In this document: positions 14,874-25,110 of the stretch, in pieces
How positions within the stretch are numbered: position 1 is the first letter of the stretch
How the letters are laid out: each line of letters begins with the position of its first letter
Origin: Salminus brasiliensis
Taxonomy: Eukaryota
Direction of reading: 5' to 3'
Assembly (NCBI RefSeq): GCF_030463535.1
Contig: NC_132885.1
Span: 19,601,786 to 19,665,785, forward strand
DNA length: 64,000 nucleotides
Notes under the pieces: generated by a model
Seen by the model: the letters and a program-made list of their open reading frames with translations, nothing else
What the model was told of the DNA's origin: nothing
Database searches by the model: none
Made by a program: the position numbers and the translations under genes

Positions 14874-15284
14874 TGAGCAAGTTGCGGGTGCACAAGTCCA
14901 ACCAGAGCCTGCAGTTTTTGGAGGACAGCCGCGTGCGTGTCAACTGCTCCATCGCTTCCCAAACCAGCGGGGAGTCCCAGCATGCTGTTCTATGGTATGC
15001 CCGGAAAGGGGGAGCGGGTGAGCCAGATGAGCTGCTGCTGAAGATAGAGAGGACAGGGGCATTTGAGTACGGTGTGTATGCAGAGGAGGAGCGTCTTCGA
15101 AGTCGTGTGCAGTCCGAGCGCCTCTCACCCCGTCTGTATGGCCTCACCCTGCACCGCGCCGAGACCAGCGACTCTGGGACATATTACTGTCTGGTGGAGG
15201 AGTGGCTCATGGATCCAGATGGCACGTGGTACCGCCTGGCCAGAGATTCCTCCGGCTTCACACACGTAGTGGTGAGGCAACCAG
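14874..15284 (+). CDS. Ig-domain exon of an EWI-family IgSF gene (cd101/ptgfrn-like). It is phase 1 at both ends and translates ...LQFLEDSRVRVNCSIASQTSGESQHAVLWYARKGG...YGLTLHRAETSDSGTYYCLVEEWLMDPDGTWYRLARDSSGFTHVVVRQP.
   Basis: ORF 14873..15367. The acceptor is a pyrimidine-rich ...ttttgcattttctatag| and the donor is CCAG|gtaaga. The translation shows the Ig hallmarks C...W...Y.C and an EEWL (EWI-type) motif. Confidence 0.75.
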
Positions 15285-15369
15285 GTAAGAGATTATCAAG
15301 GAATGTTCTGCAGATTGACCGACCAGCCACTTCGTTAAAACCACTGACAGGTTGTAGTCTCTTGTAGCT

Positions 15370-15770
15370 TCTCTGCACACTTTGTTAGCCTTTCACCATG
15401 TTCTCCGGTGGTCAGGACACCACAGGAAAACCACGTAGCGGGTAGTATTTGGGTGGTGGATCATTTTCAGCACTGTAGTGACACTGACGTGGAGGTGGTG
15501 TGTTAGTGTGTGTTGCGCTGGTCTGGAGTTTTTAAACAGTCCACCAACCAGAAATATCCAGCCAACCGCGTCATGTGGGCAGCATTTTGTGACCACAGAT
15601 GAAGGACTAGAGAATGGCCAACACAAACTGTGCAGCAGCAGATGAGCATCTGTCTCTGACTTTGCATCTACAAGGTGGACAAACTAGAAAGATGTGTCTA
15701 ATAGAGGGAGCAGTGAGTGGACACTGTGTTTAAACACTTCAGCCGCAGCACTGTGTCTGATCCACTCGTA
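15370..15770. repeat. Unclassified interspersed repeat, family R1 copy 1.
   Basis: It is about 75-80% identical over about 400 bp, in the same orientation, to 29860-30320. Shared blocks include ccaccaaccagaaa.a.ccag and caacacaaactgtgcagca.cagatgagc.tctgtctc. Confidence 0.5.
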
Positions 15771-16825
15771 GGGTGAAAAGAGGCTAATATGCAGAGAAAC
15801 AGATGGACTACTGTCTGTAATTACAGAACTACAAATGGCTCCTATATAGAAAGTGGAATTGATAAAATGGGCCATAAGTCTAGAAACAAGGAGGTGGCTT
15901 TAATGACGTGGCCGGTTGGTGTATTCTTTTCCCCCAATTACCACAGGTGGCCCAGGGTGATAAATCATAGCATTTACACATCAGCTACAATCGATATTAC
16001 AGTAAATAACTTTACAGTAACGGCTACTTTTTCACCAAAAATGTCGTATTTCCCAGAACACCTGTACAGATGATATAACTGTGTGAAGTAGTGCTCCATT
16101 TTCACAATATAGCTCATCTTTCAGCAACCCAAAAATGTTGTTATCATTATTATTAAGGTCAGCTTAAACAGAATAACTGAGAAATCTCCAGGTTCAGCAA
16201 ATTACACAAGGTGTAATTTTATCGTTTAAAGCTACAATAAGCAACTCGCTGTGAAATGATTGCTGTCAGTCTTGCAGAAGTTATGGATTTTGCAGATTCA
16301 TTCTGGAGTTCAATGACAGATCCCATCTGTAATCACTTAAATTACAGGTAGAACTGGTCATATTTTTCACGTATTAACGGGGTAATGATTGAGCACTTTA
16401 TGTTGTCATCTGGCCAGCACTTAGCTCAGCACTTAAGGCAGGCTCAGGGTGGTGTTTGTCATTCACAATCAGTAGTAGATGTGTGTTCCATTCCCATGGG
16501 CCTATGTGGCCATCTGCCTCCCCTGGCACAGAGAAGATTAGAGCGAGTGGCCTGAAAACATCCCTCCCCAGAGACTGGCATGGAGCTGAGCCACTCTGGG
16601 TCTGCCTGCTATGGCTGAATCATTCATTAGAGTGTGTATGTGTGAGAGAGAGAGATGGGGGTGGGAAAGGAGAGGCTCCTCAAAGGCATACATACATCAG
16701 CTGTCACAGGGAAACTCCCCATATGAGGCCCAAGCCTTAGGGACACTCCAGTGGTCTAATCCAGCCCATGATGGGGACATGGCAAAAAAGCCACTCTGCT
16801 GTAAATGACAGGTAGTGCTGCTCCA

Positions 16826-16858
16826 GCACCAATCCTTAACCCTTAACCCTTAACCCTT
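16826..16858. repeat. (CCCTTAA)x3-4 heptamer repeat.
   Basis: aatccttaacccttaacccttaacccttatt. The unit is a 7-mer, not the canonical TTAGGG telomere hexamer. Confidence 0.7.
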
Positions 16859-17574
16859 ATTGTCCTTATGTTTACTTTCTTTTTTAATCCATCTGTGGTT
16901 CACAAGAAGTTCTTACAGTCAAGTCCCTAAGCATTTGGACAGTGACACTTTTGTACTCCACCTCAGTGGATTAGAAGCAGTCAAGCAAAAGAAGAGGATC
17001 CAGATATGATTAAAGTGTAGAATTTCAGCTTTAATATTACAGGCTCAAAAGTAATTGGACAAACCAGCATAATTACAAATATAAGAATTGTTTGTAATAC
17101 ATGGATGCAAGTCTTTTGCACTCAATGGGTGTCTGAAGTCTGGAACCCAAATGCTGAGTTTCCTCTCTTGAGATGCTTTGCCAGGCCTTTATTGCAGCCA
17201 CCTTCAGGTTACTGCTTGTTTATGGGTCTTACTGCCTTTTAGTTTTGTCTTCAGTGAGTGAAATGCTGCTCAGTTAGGTTGAGGTCAAGTGACTGACTGA
17301 CTAAGCAATTTAAGAGCATTCTATTTCTTTGCCTTGAGAAGCGGTATGTTTTGGGCCATTATCCATCATGCACCCTTCCCTTTGTTCTTAGTTCATCTTG
17401 CTTTAATCAGTTCAGAGAAAGAGGTAGGCCTTTTAGATGGGTTCAAGCACTCTAATCTGCCTTTTTGATCTACATCTACACACCGGTGCATTCATATATA
17501 AAGGTGCACGTATTCGTCACTGTACAGTGTGGACTGTACAGCGAAATGTGTCCTCCGCATTTAACCCATCTGGT

Positions 17575-17790
17575 AGTGAACACACACTCACACACACACA
17601 CGTGTTAGGGGCAGTGAGTACACACACACACCCAGAGCGGTGGGCAGCCAACTCCAGCGCCCGGGGAGCAGAGAGGGTAAAGGGCCTTGCTCAAGGGCCC
17701 AACAGTGGCAGCTTGCCGAGCCCGGGAATCGAACCCACAACCCTGTTATCGATATCCCGGCGCTCTAACCGCTGAGCCACCACTGCCAAC
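17575..17790 (-). mobile_element. tRNA-derived SINE.
   Basis: The reverse complement has a tRNA-like head, GGCAGTGGTGGCTCAGCGGTTAGAGCGCCGGG...GGTTCGATTCCCGGGCTCGGCAAGCTGCCACTGTTGGGCCCTTGAGCAAGGCCC, with A and B boxes, followed by a body and a CA-rich tail. Confidence 0.65.
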
Positions 17791-18465
17791 TTCCATCTTT
17801 ATAAAAATGAATCTTTCTTAGCCTATTGATGGCCCCATTCATTTACATTGACCCATCTTTTGACTGCATTTTGAGAATAACACTGAGCTACAGCTACCTA
17901 ATGCAAATACATTACTTGGAATCAGTTGCAGACCTTTTATCTACTTCATTTGTCATGAAACAGTGAAGGAACAGGCCACACCTGACCAGATAACTGCTCA
18001 TCAATCAATTGTCCAATTATTCTTGAACCTGTGAAAATGGAGAGGTTTTGTTAAAATGGCTGTAATTAAAATGCAAGAATTTTGTTAAACTTTTGAATTA
18101 AAGCTAAAAGTCAAACATCAGTCACATCTTGTTTTCCCCTTTTACATTTCAAATTCACTGAGGTAGCGTTTTGAAGAGGCAAAATAAAAAAAACAAAAAC
18201 TTTTTTTAATTTTTTTTTGGATTTAACTATGTCTGCGCAATTTCCCCTGAAATCTTTAGTTCATTTAATGCGACATCAACAAAGTTCCTAAATGTATTCT
18301 ACATACAAGCTAACTGTCCTGCAAACCAGAAAAGCTTTGTCAAATATGGTAAAGTAACTTTGGCAATAGAAGGCTACAAGCTGGTGTTGGTAATTTGAAC
18401 AGTTTTATCATTTAGAAGACTGTGACATTTGGGGAAAAATGTATATAGGACTAAACATATCAGTC

Positions 18466-18552
18466 TTGTGATAGCAGTGTGATAGCAGTGTGATAGCAGT
18501 GTGATAGCAGTGTGATAGCAGTGTGATAGCAGTGCGATAGCAGTGCGACAGC
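18466..18552. repeat. 13-bp minisatellite (gtgatagcagtgt), about 6.5 units.
   Basis: Tandem near-perfect 13-mers. The last units carry a T to C change (gcgatagcagtgcg). Confidence 0.9.
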
Positions 18553-18884
18553 AGTGATTTTCAGAAACTCATTTGTTCAATACTAAACAGCGACTTACAC
18601 CCAGGGATCCTTATTTGGGCATGTCACTAAGTGCAAACTGATGCACAACCTCAGAGCTCTATTCATCATCCTCCATCCCAACAGATTTCCTCACCACCCT
18701 TGCCAACCTGCTTGGGCAACCCCAGGGCATATGTATTTGCTGGGCTCAGGTGACTGTTTGAAAGGGCCTGCGCTGCTCTGCCTCATTGCCAGCTGGGACA
18801 CATGGAACCATAATGTTACCACCCTTAGGCTCAGAGACACCTGCCCTATCCCAAACATTCACCCTCTCCCGTTCAATCACCCCC

Positions 18885-18895
18885 CCCCCCCCCCC

Positions 18896-18940
<45 letters not shown>

Positions 18941-18946
18941 CGCTTT
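18885..18946. repeat. Poly-C (14) followed by an (AC)~24 microsatellite.
   Basis: Perfect runs. Confidence 0.95.
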
Positions 18947-20817
18947 TACATTACTGCCCTACACAAAGGTGCCCACCTCACTGCTGTTCTGGAGCAGCGG
19001 CCTGTTGGACAGCTTCTCCCTGAGGTCATTTAGCATGCAAGGCGAAGTGTGTTCGGCATCTGCTGCTCTGAAACATGGCAAGGGCAGAGAAGGTTGTAAG
19101 GCCTGTACATAAGTTTTTAGTTTGTTTTTCTTTCAAAGATAAAGAAACAGCGATAGATAACACGCATATACTAACACATACACCTGCGCTGTCAAAGTTA
19201 ACACGTTAATAACACGTTTCAATGCAACATTTTAAAAACCTTTTTAACAATATTAACACATTTCCCCATTGTAATCTTTCAGACGGTCCACATATCTGAC
19301 CCGCTGCAAATGCACTGCAGGTATAATAGAATATTGAAAATACACATACCAGAGACAGAAATGACGTATTTTTATTCGTCCCACATTTCCAAATGTAGAA
19401 TACTGATTAAATTAATAACCATTTAGTTACTTATTCCATTATTTCATGGTCTTTAATATCCAAATACAGCAAATGTTAATACAGTATCGCTGCATTTACA
19501 TTTTTATATTCAGGAGGCTTATGATAAGTCATGAAAACACAAATGGTATGAATACACTGCTGCTTTTATGTGGGTCCCCTGGTGCATTTAGCGTTCCACT
19601 TTTGCTGAGTTTGCCAAGAAAAAGAGCAAGAAGCAGAGCAGGATTATAATGTAGACAAAAAAATTAAACAAATCCTTAAACTTACATATTTAGCAAAAGT
19701 TGTGTTTTGCCAAGTAGACAAATAACATGTAAAGCATACTTGCTTTTATGCAGAGCGGCTCACAGTTGACAGATGTATGTAATGTTAGGAGTCTCACGCA
19801 GTGACTTGTTGGTATATCATAGTGGGTGGTATTTCTAAAGCACTGCCTTGTTTACATTCATACGTGATCTGATGAAGCCCACTTGGTTTTCCTCCAGTTG
19901 TCCCTCCGACTTCACTGGTGCTCCGCTGGTGCTCTTCCTCACTAACTAAACTAATTGGTGATTACTTAGGGAGCAGCAGCTCAGCATGGTAATTCTGAGT
20001 CCTTCATTTGATGTTCTGCAGTACAAAGGCATTTAGGGTGATAGCTGCAGAATACACAATCTAACCCCTCGTTTCAGCACAGTGCTACTGGAGACGCCTC
20101 TGCCCGCTGGGGAATTATAGTTATTATCCAGCATCACATCATGAAGCTCACATTTCCCTCATATTATATCTAAATATGTGCTGAAATCTCTAACCTAATT
20201 TCCCCTGGGATGGAGGGGAGGTTCTCATTAAACTGCTTGGGTGCACGGCATCCTGGGATAGCATCCAGAAATATGTCTTTAAAAGCAGATGTAGATGAAA
20301 AGTTCACCAACCGTTATCTGCTGTCTCTTAAAGTGAAAGTTCCCTGCTTTTTCATGAGGAGGAAACACGAGGGGGGCCTGTGAACTCAGGCAGGAAAAAA
20401 ACACTTGGTTGTCTTATTTTTAGTCTGATCACAGCTTAGATGCTGCGAGAAAAACCTGTGAGTTCTCATGCAAGGAGTGTTAATCCACACTCTCATGTGG
20501 GACTGCTGCGCTGTACAGAAACAGCCCGTTCTCCTACTTCTAAGGTGTGACGTTCTCTGTAAGAAACAACTTCCCCATCCATTTAAAATAGTTTTTGCAT
20601 AATGTGTTTTTGCAGACATGGCCCTGCTTGTTAATGTTTCATTTGGCAACACATTTGGGATCAGTCCACTACTGAGTTCAGCCTCCTGCATGGTTTCTGA
20701 GAATCTCTTAAAAAGATCAAATGTTCTCAAGCTTCAAAGAGGAGGCTGCTTGTCCCAAAAAATTGAAAGTGCTGTCTTTCACTCCCTTTATATGGGAACT
20801 CGGCAGCTTTGTAAATT

Positions 20818-20818
<1 letters not shown>

Positions 20819-20880
<62 letters not shown>
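20819..20880. repeat. (CT)~31 microsatellite abutting the acceptor of the Ig exon at 20890.
   Basis: Perfect run ending about 8 nt before the AG. Confidence 0.95.
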
Positions 20881-20882
<2 letters not shown>

Positions 20883-20889
20883 ATGGTAG

Positions 20890-21312
20890 AGGTCAAATTG
20901 CAGGTGGAGGAGCTGGAGTCTAACATCACGTTACCAGAATCTGGATCCATCCGTTTGGGCTGTCGTATACCTTCCCAGTCCTCCAAAGACTCTCGCTTCT
21001 CTGTGTCGTGGTACGTGTCCCGCTCTGAGAGTGACGAGGAGGATGACCAGGAGTGTGTGTTCTCTATTGGCCATGACGCTGTGTTCGGTAACGGAAACTG
21101 CAGTCCTACAGAGGAGCCAGGTCCCAACTCACGTCTGCAGTTTGAGCGCACCGCCTCAGACCTGTACGGCTTGACCATCCAGAGAGCCAACCCTCGAGAT
21201 GCAGGCAGGTACTACTGCCACGTGGAGGAGTGGCTGCTGAACCCACGCAACGCCTGGTACTGCCTGGCCACCAACAATTCTGGAGTCACCATCGTTAATA
21301 TTTTGGAACAAG
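20890..21312 (+). CDS. Second Ig-domain exon of the same EWI-family gene, phase 1/1. It translates ...IRLGCRIPSQSSKDSRFSVSWYV...YGLTIQRANPRDAGRYYCHVEEWLLNPRNAWYCLATNNSGVTIVNILEQ.
   Basis: Frame of ORF 20721..21422. The acceptor is the end of a (CT)n tract, ...ctcttcatggtag|, and the donor is CAAG|gtatgc. It is paralogous to the exon at 14874 and shares the YGLT..R....D.G.YYC.VEEWL..P...WY.LA motif. Confidence 0.75.
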
Positions 21313-22429
21313 GTATGCCCAGTTCTTGTGTTGGTAAGGGAAAGGTTTGTGAACCCTTGCATGTAGTACTTAGTAGAGGCACTTTTTGGACAGTAGTCCC
21401 AATCAAATGCTTCTATAGATGATGAGTTGGGAGGTATTTTTGCCCTTCATTACCTACATTACCTTTTTCTCATTTATTTGGATCATTGAAGAGTTGTAGA
21501 TAATGGACTATTGCTCTGACAGTCTGCTGTTGAATTTTCTGATGCAATCTGAAATTCATTGATCCCACAGTGTAATCCATCCAGGACCTGAGGCAGCAAA
21601 GCAACTCCACACTTTATACTAGGCCTTGGTGTTACCTGCTGAAAAGGATTAGAAACAGCTGTTTTTGCTATCTAACAGTTTGAAAACCACTGGTCACAGG
21701 TCCCTTGGCAAGTCCTTAAGACAATTTATACAGTAATATCAACCCACCAGAAAAAAGCTCAGTAGTCCTATGTAGCAAGGTAGTCTTAAGAAAACGTAAG
21801 GTAGAGATACATGTATATTTCTTTGTTTATTGCTTTGTTTAGGGAGCATTATTTTTCTCAGTTGTAACCTTCTATACACAGCACTGTTGTTTGTTATTTG
21901 TCTTATGCGAGACTCCTGAACACAGGTGTCATCAACTGCAGGAGATGCCTGCAGACCCTTACCTGACACCTCTTTGCTGTCTGTTTGAGGACTGTATAGT
22001 GAGCATTGTCACTTTTTGAAGATCACACCTAGACGAATTCTGTTTGTAATCTGCCTGAATCTGCACTGATGAAGGCCCATTTCATTGCAGATCCCTTTCT
22101 AACATTTGATCAGGCTATATTTCACTTGAACAAAATTGTGTTAAGAAGAGCAGGTGCGCAGAATTGTGCAGGGCAGGTCGAACCCAGGTGTAAGTGGAAT
22201 CGAATAATTACCCTCTTTACAAGACTGGCTCCAATTACCCTCTTCTCCAGAGTTCAGTTTGCTAACAGCTCACATGCCTTTTCTGTTGGAAAGCAGTATT
22301 GTTTAAACCATTGTGTTCAGGAAATATATGGCTGTAAAGAATGTTGTGTGGGGTTTGTTAAAGGAACATTATGTAGCAAATTTAGCTTAATTTAACATAA
22401 TGCTGGGCTGTATAACCTCAACTCAATGC

Positions 22430-22625
22430 CACGATTAACAATTATGTTAGGTGCTTGAGTTGCTCGGTTGACTCACTGATTGAGCTCTCCTCCATGTTGC
22501 TTCCATGTCGCAGACTGGGTGGGGCGGAATCATGTGACCACATGACTGTAGTACACTGTAGTACATTTTTGAGGGGACAGTACATAAACACACAGTGGGG
22601 AAAGAATAAAACAGAAAAAATATAT
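22430..22625. repeat. Unclassified interspersed repeat, family R2 copy 2.
   Basis: See 11590-11880. Confidence 0.35.
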
Positions 22626-23334
22626 TTTTAATACATACGTATATTTTTTTTTCAATAATCAACATGGGCAAGGTTACATTGTTTAGAGTAGTGGAATTAC
22701 AGTTACAGTTGAGTTACAGTTTCAAGTAATTTTCAATTTATTGCCTGGCTCTAACATAACAGCTTCAGAATTATTTTGTAATTGGGAGAATAGCATCTCC
22801 GTCACTGCCAATCCGGACCTGAAACGCCTGCTGCTGCACTATGTAAATTTGGTGGAGCGTGTGCAAGACCTCTAGTAAGATCTGTGGAACACTGTAATTC
22901 TTCTTTATTTGTGTGAAATGCTATAATTTTTCTGCTGCATCAGTGTGTGCATACTTTCACTTCATATGCTGAATCTTTCTCAGCATGTCAGCAAATGCTT
23001 ATAGCTAGCTGTCAATTAATTGTGCTGCAAAACCTGAATTGTTTTCACAGCAGTGGTGTAAAAGTGAATGGCCCAACATTTGTATCCAACTCCATCTGTA
23101 AGTGGAACCCAAGAGCAAAAACTACCAAACCAAACTCATAAAATGCTGCTTATGAATGTTAGATTGTCTTTCCGGAGACATCTGTGCTCCAGATAATCTC
23201 GATAATTCCAAAGGGTTCACAAACTGTTCTCACAACCTTGTGCACTAATGTATGTTGCATTTCTCTTCAAGTCTCCTAAACACTGCTGACGTGCTGACGG
23301 ATTCATAAATCTTTCCTCTTTATTTTCCCCACAG

Positions 23335-23585
23335 TCTCTACCCTGCAGTCAGTGGTGTGCTCCAACAACTCACTCTTCTACTTTGTATTCTTCTACCCCT
23401 TCCCCATCTTCGGCATCCTGCTCATTGCCGTTCTGCTGGTGCGCTACAAGAGCCGCAGCTCCAACAAGAACCAGGAGGGCAAGAACGGCGCCCCCCTGCT
23501 CTGGATCAAAGAGCCCCATCTGAGTTACTCTCCCACCTGCCTGGACCCACCTGCTCTCAGCCTCCACCCCGGGTCTGTGGAGTAA
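23335..23585 (+). CDS. Terminal coding exon of the EWI-family gene, encoding a transmembrane helix, a short basic cytoplasmic tail and the stop codon: ..SVVCSNNSLFYFVFFYPFPIFGILLIAVLLVRYKSRSSNKNQEGKNGAPLLWIKEPHLSYSPTCLDPPALSLHPGSVE*.
   Basis: ORF 23352..23585. The acceptor is ttttccccacag|. The phase-1 start matches the phase-1 end of the 21312 exon. The hydrophobic about 22-aa stretch followed by R/K is typical of a type I membrane protein. The TM/tail resembles what I recall of the CD101 C-terminus. Confidence 0.65.
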
Positions 23586-25110
23586 CCGAACACCACCCTC
23601 TCTCTCTCAGCCATTCACTCTCTCTCGCTGTCTTTCTTGCTCTCTCTCTCTTTCCCCGTTCCTCATCCACGACAAAGCCACCAGGAAGCATTCTGGGCTC
23701 CTGACACGGCCATGTCAATCCATCCATATGGCTGAACTAACCCTTCTTCAGTTTGGTGTTGCCATGGCTACAGTGACTGCCAGTGGAAAAGCCTAGACAT
23801 TCGGTTTGGTTGTTTATTTAGGGGGTTTTTGTCTTTCTACTGTTTGATCATAATCTCACATTACCCTCTCCTGAGCAGAAGTGCCTGTGGGTCTTAGTAC
23901 TTTAGTTTCTTTGACACACATGGTCGTCTACGCCACCCTTGCCACCCTTGTGGCTACACTCCTGGATGAAGAAAGTTCTTTGTTGTGTTGTTTGGTTTTA
24001 TTCTCTATTTTAAATGTGTGCTAGGAACCTTTTTTTCTCCAATTGATGAAGTCTGGTGTACACCTCTTAATGAGTATTATTTTTTTTTTTAGTTTGTTGT
24101 GTGTTTTTTTTTGTTGTTGTTTTTTGCCAGTGGTTCTATGTTTCAGAAGACTAGCTGGTTAACCCACTGGCCTGTGAAAGTCTGAAGAGGGAATATCATG
24201 CAACCAAGCTTTGTGCGACCCCTCCAGATGAAATCTTTTCCTCCAGAGAAATCTCGGAGGCAGAAGAAAGGCAGTGGTCATGAATTCTTGAATGGGAGTG
24301 TGCCACAGAACTGATCTCAGACCTGTCTCTTTTTGGACTGATAAAACAGAGACCAGGGAGAGCCCTCGCCTCCCACTGAGTCTAGGAACGCTTTATCGGA
24401 CTCATCCTCACTGCCAAAGACCCACTAACACTTGGCCAAACTCTCATGCTGATTTGCAGCCACTGATGACTGATGAGCTTGCCCGTGCAGAAACTAGTGA
24501 CTTGATTAGGGTCCATTACATTCCTCTCTACGAGCCTTCTGGATATCAGGAAGGTGGACATTACGCAACGAGATCATTGTATTCCTGCTCTGATCTGCAG
24601 TTTCATCATTAGTGTTCAGGTGCTCCTGCTAGCGGATATGTTTTTGCTTTGTTTAACATTTGTGCTTTTTTTATTGTTGTTGTTATTCTTATTCTTCTTA
24701 GACTTCACTCGAACTAGGGTAGAGGAGGGGGTTTCTAATTACTCCTTCATTACACTTTACTCCAGCGTGCTGGCCTGTGAGGTGTCGAAGCGAAGTGCGT
24801 GTACAGTAAGCACTGTCGCAATGCCTTGCCTCCTACTGTGAATATTTCATCTGTCACCCACCCACTTTTGTAGAGCTAGGTTGTGTGCAAGACATGAGTA
24901 AGAGGGCTTTTAGGAGTCAGGGCCAAGCATGAGAATTTAACACAAGGGCATCTTTCCTTCCCCATTGTTCCTTGTTTTTAACCTTCCCCTTATTAGTAAG
25001 CCAGGGATGATTTGGAGAGAGCTCCCAAAGCCTGCTGAGAAGACACTTCTGATACGAGGGACAATCTTGGTGCCAAGGCCTTTTTTTTTTTCTTTTTTTA
25101 TAATAATAAA
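23586..25110 (+). other. Putative 3' UTR of the EWI-family gene, with a candidate AATAAA near 25103-25108.
   Basis: It follows the stop codon, no further ORF continues, and an AATAAA lies in an A/T-rich context. The extent is uncertain. Confidence 0.25.

Noticed and set aside
16826-16858. Telomere-like repeat.
   Set aside because: The unit is the heptamer CCCTTAA, not the vertebrate telomeric hexamer TTAGGG/CCCTAA. There are only 3-4 units, so it is not an interstitial telomeric array.
17690-17790. A tRNA-like sequence with A and B boxes.
   Set aside because: It is the head of a SINE, continuous with the SINE body and tail and in a repeat-family context. It is not a stand-alone tRNA gene, and no cloverleaf with an anticodon was verified.
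23357-23704. ORF 23357..23704 (+) and ORF 23370..23567 (-), which overlap the TM exon.
   Set aside because: They are alternative-frame or antisense readings of the genuine 23335-23585 exon. Only the frame of ORF 23352..23585 has a splice-phase match and a TM/tail architecture.
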